64,000 nucleotides of DNA from an uncultured delta proteobacterium. Its GTDB lineage: Bacteria > Myxococcota_A > Polyangia > Fen-1088. The notes beneath the pieces were generated by a model that was given only the letters and a program-made list of their open reading frames with translations, had not been told where the DNA came from and made no database searches. Position 1 is the first letter of the stretch, and each line of letters begins with the position of its first letter. The stretch lies in assembly GCA_963796685.1 (NCBI GenBank), contig CAWCMR010000006.1, positions 261,460 through 325,459 of the forward strand, read 5' to 3'. The translations under genes and the position numbers were made by a program. Of this stretch, positions 1-10,788 are shown in pieces.

Positions 1-143
1 TGGCCGAGTACCTGGCGGAGAGAATTGCCGACGCCATCGCCGAGCTGCCCGAGGAGGCCAGGCCGACCGAGCCCGCCAGCCTTCGCCTGCGCTTGCACGA
101 GTCGCCCAACGCCTGGGTCGGCTGCGACCGCCCGATCCCGTAG
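1..143 (+). CDS. 3' end of probable 6-carboxytetrahydropterin synthase (QueD/PTPS family), truncated by window edge
   Basis: Frame from nt 3 reads AEYLAERIADAIAELP...LRLRLHESPNAWV..., stop TAG 141-143; resembles the C-terminus of PTPS/QueD proteins. Confidence 0.5.
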   Translation, partial: AEYLAERIADAIAELPEEARPTEPASLRLRLHESPNAWVGCDRPIP

Positions 144-185
144 GTCGAATTCTTCCGACGACTCTGCCGCCCTGTGATCTACTCT

Positions 186-809
186 TCAGCCATAGTGCTC
201 TTCCAGACGAGCCAAGGCGACCAACAGACCGTTCAGGCTCGGGCATCGTAGACGTGCAGCATCAAGATCCCAAGCCTTCTCCACGAACGGGGCCATCGCC
301 CCATTGTAGTCAGGGCCCTGCAAGTAGCGCCCACTCCGCTCGTCCCGCCATACGATCGCCTCGCGCACGTCCCGATGGCGAGACTGAGACGCAAGCTCCA
401 GGAGAGTCGCCTTTGGATCTTGTAGACTTTCAGGGTTCGGCACACGAGCTGGCTTCCTCAGCCCCAGGAACTCTCCAAGATTGGTGTCGTCAGCAAGAAG
501 CCAGCTCTCGACCTCTCTAACTGCAACCCGGAAGATGAAATGTGGATGCTGGCGCCGTCCTGGCCCCAGCCACTCGGCCACGAGGTTCGGGGCACAAGGA
601 CTCTGATCGAGATCCGTGAGCAAAAGGAATGGCCCGGCTTTGGCGGCGTTGTTGAAACTCGCGGTCCGCTTCTTGAGGTAGCCGAACCCACCGTGGCAAT
701 AAACAGCGCCAATCTCATACTTAACAGATCTCTCCGAGAGAGCGCGTTTGAGAACATACTCACTGAGATTGTCCTCGACGGCTAGGCGTATTGGAATTCT
801 TGCCCTCAT
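186..809 (-). CDS. DUF4276-family TOPRIM-like protein
   Basis: 207 aa; VEDNLSE (TOPRIM Glu), LLTDLD (DxD), REVESWLLAD motif; start overlaps ATPase stop (ATGA). Confidence 0.7.
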   Translation of the reverse strand: MRARIPIRLAVEDNLSEYVLKRALSERSVKYEIGAVYCHGGFGYLKKRTASFNNAAKAGPFLLLTDLDQSPCAPNLVAEWLGPGRRQHPHFIFRVAVREVESWLLADDTNLGEFLGLRKPARVPNPESLQDPKATLLELASQSRHRDVREAIVWRDERSGRYLQGPDYNGAMAPFVEKAWDLDAARLRCPSLNGLLVALARLEEHYG

Positions 810-1963
810 GTTCTGAATAGGTCAAGTTGGCCGGCGTCTCGAGGTGCCGTAAGGGGGAGGACGGCATCCCCTACGGTCATTCCCTGTTCCAGAAGAAGTC
901 TGATGTCTTCCATGTTTTCCGCCAATTCGATAGCCGTTCCCTCACCACCGTTGGGACGCAGTAGCGCTACTTCACTCAACTTGATTCCGCGGTCGCCAAA
1001 GATCTCGGAGCTGTGCGAAGAGAGAATGACTTGGCGCCGGTGCGGTCTCTGGAGACGCCAGATCAGTGCTGGAAGCTTCGCGACGATCCGCGTATGTAGG
1101 GAGAGTTCTGGCTCTTCCAATAACAACAAGGAGTCGCCTTCGAGGAGTGACCACAGCAACCCGATTAGTCTCAAAGTACCGTCGGAAAACTGATCCTCCC
1201 GCTGGCGTCCCCCATGCGGCCTCCAGTGACGGTAGTGCGCTTCGAGATGTGGCAGTCCACGCTCGTCGCGAATATCCTTCAGCTCCTCAAGCTCGGGGAC
1301 AGCAGCTTTCAGGGCTGATTCAATCTTGGCCAGACGAGAGCGCCGTGTCTTTTCTGGTGTTCCGACAATTCTCTCCAGAAGCCTCAGTCCGAACGGATCT
1401 TCTGTCGCGGTCTCTCGGTTGGCGAGGCTGGGGTACTTCAATAGCTGAGGAACAAGGTGCAAGTATAGAGTCTTTTGGAACGCTTCGGCGATAACCCGAA
1501 AGGCTTTGTTTGAGCCGATATGCTCAAGATGAGTCTCTTTCAAGCGCTGGTCATCACCCTTGTCTGGATCGTCGGGACGATTGAGCAGGAGGTGCTCGTC
1601 TCGCCATATTCTCTCGTAGCGAAGTAGAAACCTCCGCGCACCCCGCGACTCCTGATACAGGCCAATGCCGTATCGCCACTGAGGGCCATCATGGCCTTCC
1701 GATTCAGACAAGGTCGCCTCAATCTCGACATCTGGATAGCGCCGAGCGGCCAGGCACCGAATCTTGGACAGGCCGCCACGTTCTTTGATGGCCTGCTGCA
1801 ATCCTCCTCCGTCCTTCGCAATATCACGGAGGAAGCGAAAGACATCGAGGAGGTTCGACTTGCCGCTTGCGTTGGGCCCTGTGATGAACAGCCGCTCTCC
1901 GATGGGCAGGTCGACATCGACGAAGTTCCGCCAGTTCCTAAGCTTCAGGTGGGTGAACAACAT
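806..1963 (-). CDS. ABC/SMC-type ATPase (AAA_15/AAA_21 family)
   Basis: 385 aa; Walker A GPNASGKS, signature FSDGT, Walker B LLLEEPE, H-loop SSHS. Confidence 0.88.
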   Translation of the reverse strand: MLFTHLKLRNWRNFVDVDLPIGERLFITGPNASGKSNLLDVFRFLRDIAKDGGGLQQAIKERGGLSKIRCLAARRYPDVEIEATLSESEGHDGPQWRYGIGLYQESRGARRFLLRYERIWRDEHLLLNRPDDPDKGDDQRLKETHLEHIGSNKAFRVIAEAFQKTLYLHLVPQLLKYPSLANRETATEDPFGLRLLERIVGTPEKTRRSRLAKIESALKAAVPELEELKDIRDERGLPHLEAHYRHWRPHGGRQREDQFSDGTLRLIGLLWSLLEGDSLLLLEEPELSLHTRIVAKLPALIWRLQRPHRRQVILSSHSSEIFGDRGIKLSEVALLRPNGGEGTAIELAENMEDIRLLLEQGMTVGDAVLPLTAPRDAGQLDLFRT

Positions 1964-2110
1964 TTGGCACTCTTATATCCCATGGTGATCGTACCTTACC
2001 TCCGTTCTAGCGGGCAAGGTAGTAGCGTCGTCTCCACCTGAGTCGGCCTCTCGCCGAAACCTGCCTCTTGCGTGCTGTGCGGGACCCGACCCATGGTAGT
2101 GTTCGCCGAA

Positions 2111-3020
2111 ATGACCGCCGCTCTATCCCTGCCTCTCGCCTTGCTGAAGGCGATGCGACCCAAGCAGTGGGTGAAGAACCTGCTCTTGTTCGCCGGTTTC
2201 GTGTTCACCGTCAACGAGCGCTGGCATCCCATGTCGCCCGCCATGTGGACCTACCTATCGCGGGCTGCGGCTGCCTTCGCGCTGTTCTCGCTGGTGTCGA
2301 GCGCGGTCTACCTCGCCAACGATGTGCTCGATGTGGAGAACGACCGCCAGCACCCCACCAAGTGCAACCGCCCCATCGCCTCCGGCGCGCTACCCGCCTG
2401 GCTGGCGGTGCTGGTGGCGCTGCTGCTGATCCCGGTCTGTCTGGTGGGCGCCTATGTCCTCCAGCCGTTCTTCGCCCTGGCGATGGGGGGCTACCTGGTC
2501 ATGCAGGTGGGCTACCTCTTCGTGCTCAAGCACATCGTCCTTCTGGACGTGTTCATCCTGGCGCTGGGCTTCGTCATCCGCGCCGTATCGGGCGCCGTGG
2601 TGATCGGCGCGGTGATCTCGCCGTGGCTATACACCGTCACGCTGCTCGGTTCGCTGTTCCTCGCGCTGTGCAAGCGTCGCGGCGAGCTGGTGCTGCTGGA
2701 AGGCCGCGCGGGCGGCCATCGCAAGATCCTCGAAGCTCTACACGCCGTCCCTGCTCGACAGCCTGATCAGCATCGTAGCGTCGTCGACCATCATGGCGTA
2801 CTCGCTATACACCTTCACGTCGCCCAAATTGCCGGCCAACAACCTGATGATGCTCACCATCCCGTTCGTCATCTTCGGGATGTTCCGCTACGTGTACCTC
2901 TCGCACTCGCGCAACGCGGGCGGCACCCCGGAAGAGGTGTTTCTCAAGGATAGGCCACTCATCATCACCATCGGGTTGTGGATCGTCACCACCGGCCTCA
3001 TCCTGGGCCTCGACCGCTGA
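2111..3020 (+). CDS. UbiA-family decaprenyl-phosphate phosphoribosyltransferase (frameshift near 2733)
   Basis: RPKQWVKN, NDVLDVENDRQHPTKCNRPIASG motifs; C-terminus (AYSLYT...TIPFVIFGMFRY...PEEV) continues in another frame to 3020. Confidence 0.85.
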
Positions 3021-3190
3021 CGATTGCTACGACGTTGGACAACGCGGCGTCGAACGCTTGCAACCGACCAATGATGGATTTCTCGACAAACTAACCCAAC
3101 TTCGTGGCAGTCGCCTGCACGCCCGACATCTCCACCGCGAGCCTTAGGTTCATCGTGCCGACCAGAGCGTACGGCGCCTGGGCCGTCCTG

Positions 3191-6100
3191 TCATCGATCC
3201 GAGAAGCTCGGGTGCGGATAGAGGGGAGGCTTTCGGTTGCGGCTGGTCTGTTGGCGGACCTCGACGTCGGCGAACAGGAGCGGTGGAGCGATGATCGAGG
3301 ACGGCAAGCCAAGGCCGGCGAATCCGTCGATGAAGTTGAGGACATAGGGATCCCGCCCCGCCGCGACGATGTCCTTGAGGGACCGCGGCACCAGGCCTTC
3401 GAGGGTGAAGCCGCGAACGAGCTCCCTCTTTCCCGTTCTTGAGCCGATACGCCACCAGGGGAAGGACAGAGGGCGTGCCGCCGCCACCTCTTCCGCTGGT
3501 GAAGAAATGAAACATCTGCTCGGCGAAATCGGCCATGTCGACCATGCCTCCCGTCGTGGCGTCGTCGACCAGCCGGACGATGTAGGCATCGCAGTGCCTG
3601 GCTTTGCTCTCCTTGGCCAGTCGATCCAGCAATGCCTGGCGTGTCAGTCCGCCCTTGGCCGTGACGAAGAGATTGGCTATGTGTCCCTTCACGCCGGCCA
3701 TCTGGGTCGCGCGGCCGTGGCCGTTCGAGCGAGCCACGTCCTTGCTTGGCGTCCGCGACATCAGCAACGTCTTGAGAACGCCCGCCTCGATTAGCGAGAC
3801 CTTTTGTGCCGGAACGCCCTCGTCGTCGGCGTGGTAGCTGCCCAGCAGGAATTCCTTGCCGGGGCCCAGCTCGGATCGGGGATCGTCATAGACCGAGAGA
3901 AATGGGGCGGCGACCCGCTGGCCGATCTTGCCCGCGAATTCGCGAGATCCGGCGGCCAGGCGTCCCTCGCCGACGGCCGTCCTGGGTGGGGGTGTTCCCG
4001 CGAGGTGCTCGGCGAGCAGGCTCTTGACGATCTGACCGGCCGCAGGCCCCTCGAACAGGACCAGGGCGGTGCCGCTTTCGGGGATCGCGGCACCGGTTTC
4101 ATCGCTCAGCTCTTGGGCCAGCTCCATGTCGGCCGGCGCGGGCAATCCGTCGACGGTCTTGGCGGTGAATGCCACCATGTCGGACAGCCGCATGCCATCA
4201 GGGGCCTGGGTCGTGGCCGAGACGTCGAGGCGCACCAGGCTGTCGCGTTCGTCCGCCCAGGCGCCACCACTGCCCAGATAGCGCTGCCGGCCCACCGCGT
4301 GTATGGCCTCGACGTGTGAGGTGGCGATGCGCGGATAGGACTGAAACAAGGCGGACAGCTTGGTCGCAAGCTCGCGCAGCGGGCCCGCCTCGGGCGCTGG
4401 GAAGACGGGCAAGGACACGGTCTTCGCCGGCGCTTGCGCGGCGAAGTCGGGGATTTTGTCCTCGGCGGACGCGCTGTGTCCATCGGCAGACGCCTTCTTC
4501 TTGGCCAACATGTCCACGGCGCGCTTGTAGGCCTCGTCGGTGCGCAGCCACAAGGCCCGCCTGGCCACGAGGTAATCGTCGTCGAGCGGAAGCACGCCGA
4601 AGCCGCCGGGGGCCATGAAACCGAACCCGCCCTCCGCGAAATTGCTGCTGTCGAAGCTTGCTTCTCCGACCCTGACCTCGCTGCGCAGAGTGCGCGACCG
4701 ATGCTGGGACTGGCTGGTGATCGCTCCGAAGGTTGCGCCGACGCGTGCGAAGTCACCCTCGGTCACCGTGTAGGCGGCGAAGTGTGGACGCGGTTGCTCC
4801 TCCACGCGCATTTCGGCCATGGTGCGACCAAGCTCATCCTCCATGGCCCGGCGAACGGGGTCCTCGGCGGAGGACGGGGCCGCGGCCGGTGGCGGCGGCA
4901 GCACCGGAGGCTTGTCGCTGCCTTTCTCTTTTCGCTCGACCTCGATCTGTTGCACGAGGAGGCTCGGGCTGGTCGCTGACACCGGCACGAAGCCGGACTC
5001 GGCGCCGCAATACCCGTTGAAGGTCTGGTAGTCGTCGGTCGCCGCCATGATCTTGTTCAAGGCGGTGAGCGGGGTACCGACGATGTCCACTCCACGCAAC
5101 AGCTCGTCGGGGCGGCCGTCGGTCCACACGCGATAGACCAGGATTGGCAACACCTTGAAGGCCTGCGGCATGAAGCGCTCGGTATTGGTGAACCCGCCCG
5201 AGATGTCCCGGAAGAGGAGGCCGAACGGCTTGCCCTGTCGTCGGGCCTCGTCACGCAGGCGCCGCCTCAGCTCATCGCTCGACACGGCCAACGCCGGCTG
5301 TACGACCAGATTTCCTTGCCGTGCTACCACGGCGCGCCCATCCTCGCGCCGTCCATGCCCGTTCGAGTGCATGAAGTTGCGGGTCGGAGACCGGCCCATG
5401 AGGAAGCTCTTGAGCACACCACTCTCGACCAAAGGCGCTCGCTGCCCCGGCACGGCTTCGTCGTCGAAGCGATACGAGCCGTTCAAGCTCTCAGGACCAA
5501 TACGCGCGATCGTCGGATCGTCGTAGATCGAGATGAAAGCGGGCATCACGGCTTGGCCAATCTTCTTGGCGAAGGTCTGCCCTTCCTCGTCGCGTTTCTG
5601 CCGATGGCCCTCCACGCGGTGGCCGAAGATCTCGTGGAAGAAGACAGCCGCCGCCTTGCCCTCCAGAATGGCCGGCCCGACGAAGGGCTCGGCCAGCGGT
5701 GCCCGGCGCAGGGCCTGCAAGTCCGCGATGATGGCATCGGCCGCGCGGTCCAGCGTGGCTTCATCGGGTAGCCCGCCCACCTCGGTGGCATCGAAGGTTT
5801 CGTGCCGCTCCATATCCATGCCGTCCTCGGCGCGCGTGCTGGCCTGGATGGAGATCCGCGCGTAGTTGCGGCCGGTCTGAACACTCGATCCCTCCGAGTT
5901 GGTGAGCCAACGGTTCACGCTCTTCACCTCGAGCGCGACGTGCGCGCTCCGGATATCCGGAAGGTTGCGCAAGCGCGCCGAGAGGCGCCGCACGCGTGCC
6001 TCCCAGGCTGCAACATCCAGCGTGACCGACGCTGGCGACTCGACGAAGGTGACGGGCTTTTCATGGGAAAAGTCGTCCGAGGGATCCTCCTCGGCCGTCT

Positions 6101-6695
6101 TGCTCTTCCTTTCCGACTTTACCTTGAGCAACCGCTCGAGCGCCGCCTTGTAGCGCCTGTCGGTCTCGGCCCAGGCCACCGCCCGGATGGCGGCGGGAAC
6201 GTCCTCGAGGGGCAGGGGCACCGAGCTGCCCACGATGGCATCGAAGTCGAATGCAAAAGCCCCGCGCAGGGCATGGGTGGAGTCGAGCGTGTTGGTTCCG
6301 ACGCGAACGTCGATGGTCAGCGCGCGCGTGCGTTGGTCGATCGAGCCGAGCAGCGCTCCTTCGCTGGCCGAGATGTTGATGTCGCGCCGATCGTGGACCT
6401 CATAGCCGATGAAGTAGGGAGGCGGATTCTGGCTCTTGGCGAGAGCGGCCATCGCCCGGTGCAACTCCTCCTCGAGAACGACCAACTCGGGCGCTTTGCT
6501 GCCGTCAGTGCCCCGGAGCGGAGCGATGCGCACGATCTCCGGAAGCCGTGCAGGCCGAGCGGCCGTGGGCAGGGTGTCGCCCAGAACAGGCCTCGCGCCT
6601 TTCGCTACCTTGTGGCCAGCACAGGCGAACGAGAGGGTCGTGGCAAGAACAGCCGTTGCAAGAGGACGTTTGAAGGCAATGAGCATAGAAGGCAC
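3191..6695 (-). CDS. Fused TldD-TldE(PmbA)-like metalloprotease with lipoprotein-like signal (frameshift near 3425)
   Basis: Two tandem TldD/PmbA-type domains (YDDP, SNGHGR, ELLRG/ELVRG motifs twice). First has FFHEIFGH and GYCG; second lacks them. True C-terminus lies in the ORF ending 3191. Confidence 0.8.
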
Positions 6696-6789
6696 GGTCC
6701 TTTCGACGCACTATGGTACCAGCATGCGTGCGGAACGGACAGCGGCGTGATTCAACGCCTCCATGATCTCCCACGGATCCGCGCCAGCG

Positions 6790-8562
6790 TCAGCGGACCA
6801 CCACGGCCACGTAGGCGCCGAGGTCCCCGACGTCCACGGTCACCGTGCCCGCGTTGTAGGCGACGGGTACGGTCTTGTCGGCCGCGAAGTCCGGTGAGGC
6901 CAGGGTCACCGAGGAGGGCTGGCTTGCGACGGGGAAGCTCGCGGTGACGCCCGGCTGGGTGACGACACCGGCCGCATAGTTGTGGTTGATGAGGTGAAGC
7001 ACGGTGCCGCCGTCGGGAAGGCTGGCGAGCACGGTGGTCAGGTTGGACGCCGAGACCGTGGCGACGTCGGCCAGCTCTTGCGCCCCCAGGTAGATCGCCG
7101 CGTGGTTACGATAGTAGGTTTCGAGCTGCTGGAAGAAGCCCATCATGCCGAGCGCGGTTGCGGTGTTGCTGTCGGTGGTGGTGGCCAAGGGCGGCGCGAA
7201 CAGCATGCCGAGCGCCCAGACCTCCGCGCCGTACAGCCGGAAGTAGTCCTGCCGGCCCTGCGGCGTGAGCCCGTAGTACCGATCCATGGAGGAGGTTGGC
7301 CAATCGAGGAAGAGCACGATGGGCACCTCGTGGCCGCCCACCGCGTCGACGATCTGCTTGGAGCGTGCCTTGAAGCCCTCGAGCGCGGTCTTGAACGAGC
7401 GCGTGCCATCGAGGTCGGCCCCCTGGCGCGGCACCCAATTCACCTCCGTGTTGCCCGGCCCGTCCCGGTTTCCGTCGTACAGACCGATGGTCTGGAAGTC
7501 GACGAACGGAAAGGTGCCGTTGGCGCTGATGAGGATCTCGCGACCGTAGGTCTGGCGTGCATAGGTGCGCAGGGCCACCACGATGCGCTGCCAATACACC
7601 AGGGCGGGGTAGGTTTCGAGGAACGTCCCGCTCGACGGGTTCGGGCGATTGTTCACGCTGGTGCCCCAGTCGGCGGCCAGCGGGTTGCGCGCGCTGCTCA
7701 GCGGGTTCGACTGGGCGCCGTGCCGGGCCAGGTATCCGCGGTAGTCGAAGCCGCGCCCGCCACTTTGCCCCGTGCAGTCGAGGTGGTCGTCGGCGGCGAC
7801 ACCGAGCGCGGCCAGCGCCGACGAGGAGCCCGCGTATTTCGCGCACAGATAGGCGCCGAAGTCCGCCACGTGGTAGTCGTCGAAGCCCTCGTTGCCGCCC
7901 ACCCAGTTGGCGCCGGTGTAGCCGCCGAGGATCTCGTCGTAGTGCAGGCCGTCCACGCCGCCGTCGAGCTGGATCTTGCCGATGTCCACCAACCGCTGCT
8001 GGTAGGCGGGATTGGCCAGGGTGGCCCGGTACGCGTTGGCCGCGATCTCCCCGTGCGGGACAGGCTGGCCCGAGGCATCGCGACTGACCTGATCGGAGAA
8101 GTCCGCGGCGCTGACCTCGTCTTGAAAGAGCACCGACGCCGTGGTGCCGCCCATGAACAAGGTGCCCTGCGCAACGCAAGCGCGCACAAACGCGAACTTG
8201 TAGTCGCCTGGCTTCAGCCCCCAGGTATCCCAGCGCGCCCAGGCGCGAGGCAGCAGGTCGGGGGCCAGCGCGAGCACCTGTGCGTCCTGTCCATCGGTGA
8301 CCACCTGGCTGAAGGCGGGGAAGATCAGCTTCGACAGATCGGCTTGGCCGAAGGCGCGGGGATCGTATTGGCCCGGCTGGATGGCCGGCAGGTCCGAGGT
8401 GTCGTAGTGGGTGACGCTGCCGCCCGGGCCGTCGCTCGCTCCGCCTGCATCCCCCTTTGGGGGCGTCGTGCCGGGCGAGGCGCCGCCGCCACAGGAGAGC
8501 AGCGCCATCGCGGCACCGAAGGTGGTGGAGGCACGTGACAGACCGCCAAGGCGAAAACGCAT
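6790..8562 (-). CDS. Secreted lipoprotein, possible TIM-barrel glycoside-hydrolase-like enzyme
   Basis: AAGGAG RBS; lipobox LLSC; Gly/Pro linker; GVDGLHYDE motif; C-terminal beta-rich domain (VLHLINHNY). Confidence 0.55.
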   Translation of the reverse strand: MRFRLGGLSRASTTFGAAMALLSCGGGASPGTTPPKGDAGGASDGPGGSVTHYDTSDLPAIQPGQYDPRAFGQADLSKLIFPAFSQVVTDGQDAQVLALAPDLLPRAWARWDTWGLKPGDYKFAFVRACVAQGTLFMGGTTASVLFQDEVSAADFSDQVSRDASGQPVPHGEIAANAYRATLANPAYQQRLVDIGKIQLDGGVDGLHYDEILGGYTGANWVGGNEGFDDYHVADFGAYLCAKYAGSSSALAALGVAADDHLDCTGQSGGRGFDYRGYLARHGAQSNPLSSARNPLAADWGTSVNNRPNPSSGTFLETYPALVYWQRIVVALRTYARQTYGREILISANGTFPFVDFQTIGLYDGNRDGPGNTEVNWVPRQGADLDGTRSFKTALEGFKARSKQIVDAVGGHEVPIVLFLDWPTSSMDRYYGLTPQGRQDYFRLYGAEVWALGMLFAPPLATTTDSNTATALGMMGFFQQLETYYRNHAAIYLGAQELADVATVSASNLTTVLASLPDGGTVLHLINHNYAAGVVTQPGVTASFPVASQPSSVTLASPDFAADKTVPVAYNAGTVTVDVGDLGAYVAVVVR

Positions 8563-8645
8563 GAGCTTTGCTCCTTCGTATAGCAGAGTCGCATGTCGTC
8601 CCGGGCGGCTCAGCCGTGCCCCCCGGGTCAATGGTCAATCCCGAG

Positions 8646-9935
8646 CTACGTTCCCATCGCCGCCGCCAGATCCTTGGCCGGGTCGTCGCCGGTCAAGCGC
8701 AAGTCGAGCTTGTCTTGCAGCACCTTGAAGACTCCGGGCGTGATGAAGGCCGGCGCATTCGGGCCGATGGCGATCTTCTTCACGCCCAGCGAGAGCAGGG
8801 TGAGTAGCACGGCCACCGCCTTTTGCTCGAACCACGACACGACCAAGGTCAGCGGCAGGTCGTTCACCGTGCAGTCGAAGGCCTTGGCCAGCGCGACCGC
8901 GACCTGGATGGCGCCGTAGGAATCGTTGCATTGGCCCATGTCCATCAGGCGCGGCAACCCGAGGTGGGTGCCGTAGTCGTGCTCGCGGATGCGGAACTTG
9001 CCGCAGCCGAGGGTCAGGATGAACGAGTCGGGCGGGGTCAGCCTGGCGTACTCGGTGAAGTAGTTGCGCCCCACCTCGGCGCCGTCGCAACCGCCGATGA
9101 CGAAGAAGCGGCTGATCTTGCCGGCCTTGACCGCGTCCACGATGGTCGGTGCCAGCGCCAGGATCGTCGAGTGGTGGAAGCCGACGGTCGACTTCTTGAT
9201 TGGCGAGGCGGGCAGTGGCGCGCATGCCCTGGCCTTGGCGATGACCGCGGAAAAGTCGTTCGTCGTCAGGCGCGTGCCGCCCGGGACCGCGGTGGCGCGC
9301 GTGGTGAACAGGCGCCCGGCGTAGCTTTGCGGCGGAATGACCACGCAGTTGGTGGTCGCGAGCACGGCACCCGAGAAGGCGGCGAACTCGCTGCGCTGCT
9401 TCTGCCAGGCGCCGCCGAAGTGCCCGGCCAGGTTGGGGTGGTTGCGCAGGTTCGGGTACATGTGCGCGGGCAGCATCTCGCCGTGGGTGTACACCTTCAC
9501 CTCGGTGCCCTTGCACTGGTCGAGCAGGTCGGCGAGATCGACCAGGTCGTGGCCGGTGACGAGGATGCCGGGGCCCGCCTGGGTGCCCTCGGAAACCTCG
9601 GTGGGCGAGGGCTGGCCGAAGCGCCGCACGTGCCCCTCGTCGAGGAGCTGCATCACGCGCAGGTTCTTGCGGCCAAGCTCCATGGCGTACTCGAACAGCG
9701 TGCCCAGGTCGAAGCTCACGTTGGTCAGCGTCGCGAAGAGCGCTTCCTCGATGAAGGCGTTGACGGACTCGTCCACCATCCCGAGGCGGCGGGCATGGTG
9801 GGCGTAGGCCGCCATACCCTTGAGGCCGTAGAGGATGGTTTCTTGCAGCGATTGCACGTCCGGATCCTTGCCGCACACGCCGGGGCCGGTGGTCGCGCAG
9901 CTCTTTCCGAATTGCTCACATTGGTTGCAGAACAT
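8646..9935 (-). CDS. hcp: Hybrid cluster protein (hydroxylamine/NO reductase), short form
   Basis: MFCNQCEQ...CGK, TGHDL, YTHGEMLPAH, TTNC, GGCDG, GQCND, SWFEQKA motifs; AAGGAG RBS; 429 aa. Confidence 0.95.
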   Translation of the reverse strand: MFCNQCEQFGKSCATTGPGVCGKDPDVQSLQETILYGLKGMAAYAHHARRLGMVDESVNAFIEEALFATLTNVSFDLGTLFEYAMELGRKNLRVMQLLDEGHVRRFGQPSPTEVSEGTQAGPGILVTGHDLVDLADLLDQCKGTEVKVYTHGEMLPAHMYPNLRNHPNLAGHFGGAWQKQRSEFAAFSGAVLATTNCVVIPPQSYAGRLFTTRATAVPGGTRLTTNDFSAVIAKARACAPLPASPIKKSTVGFHHSTILALAPTIVDAVKAGKISRFFVIGGCDGAEVGRNYFTEYARLTPPDSFILTLGCGKFRIREHDYGTHLGLPRLMDMGQCNDSYGAIQVAVALAKAFDCTVNDLPLTLVVSWFEQKAVAVLLTLLSLGVKKIAIGPNAPAFITPGVFKVLQDKLDLRLTGDDPAKDLAAAMGT

Positions 9936-9997
9936 GATGGAAGCTCCTTGGGGGTGGGTTGCTGGCGCGACCATGGCAGGGTCGTGAGCGCGGCGCC

Positions 9998-10011
9998 TTG
10001 ATCTGGATCAA
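9998..10011. promoter_or_regulatory. FNR/HcpR-type binding box
   Basis: Exact TTGAT-CTGG-ATCAA between the divergent hcp and Crp/Fnr genes. Confidence 0.85.
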
Positions 10012-10034
10012 GCAACCGCGCAATCTTCCCCGCC

Positions 10035-10700
10035 ATGGACAAAGGCGCCATCATCGGAGGTTGTTCGCTCTTTCAAGGCGTGGGCCTGGGGCACAAGCGA
10101 CGGTTGGTCGCGATGGCGCGCAAGCTGAGCTTTCCGGCCGGCACGCTGGTATTTCGACAGAACGATCCTTGTCCCGGTCTCTACTGTGTCGGCAGCGGCG
10201 TCGTCCGCATCTATCGCATCGGCGTCGGCGGCAAGGAGCACACCCTGCACATGGCCGGTCCCGGCCAGACCTTCGCCGAGGTCGCGGTCATCGGCGGATT
10301 TCCCTGTCCGGCCTTTGCCGAGGTCACGCAGGCCGCGCAATGCGCCCTGCTTCCCGCCCGCGCCTTTCATGCCATGCTTCGCGAGGAGCACGCGTTTTGT
10401 CTCGAGCTTCTCATCGGCATGAGCCATTGGGTGCGCCATCTCACCGGCCTGCTCGAAGACATCACCCTGCGCGACGCCAGTGGCCGCGTGGCACGCCATC
10501 TGCTCCAAGCCGACCACGATGCCCGCGGCACCGTCGGGCTGGCCGGGCTCAAGAAGCACATCGCCTCGCATCTCAACCTGACCAGCGAGACCTTCTCGCG
10601 CGTGCTGCGTCGGCTGGCCGACGCCGGCGTCGTCGTGCTGGTCGACGAGAGGCGCCTGCGCATCGTGGACCGGAAGGCGCTCGAGGGGCTGAGCGAGTAG
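10035..10700 (+). CDS. Crp/Fnr-family transcriptional regulator (HcpR/Dnr-like)
   Basis: cNMP-binding-like N-domain (GQTFAE) and HTH with ETFSR; divergent from hcp. Confidence 0.9.
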   Translation: MDKGAIIGGCSLFQGVGLGHKRRLVAMARKLSFPAGTLVFRQNDPCPGLYCVGSGVVRIYRIGVGGKEHTLHMAGPGQTFAEVAVIGGFPCPAFAEVTQAAQCALLPARAFHAMLREEHAFCLELLIGMSHWVRHLTGLLEDITLRDASGRVARHLLQADHDARGTVGLAGLKKHIASHLNLTSETFSRVLRRLADAGVVVLVDERRLRIVDRKALEGLSE

Positions 10701-10753
10701 GACGAGCGGGGGCGCACCCAACCGGCGGCTTCTGGCGCAAATCCGGGACCGGC

Positions 10754-10782
10754 TTGATACCTGTTCGGATGTTCAGTATAGT
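10754..10782 (+). promoter_or_regulatory. Sigma70-type promoter with LexA-like imperfect palindrome in the spacer
   Basis: TTGATA-N17-TATAGT; spacer holds CTGTTC-GGAT-GTTCAG; GTG start 6 nt after the -10. Confidence 0.6.
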
Positions 10783-10788
10783 GGTCGT

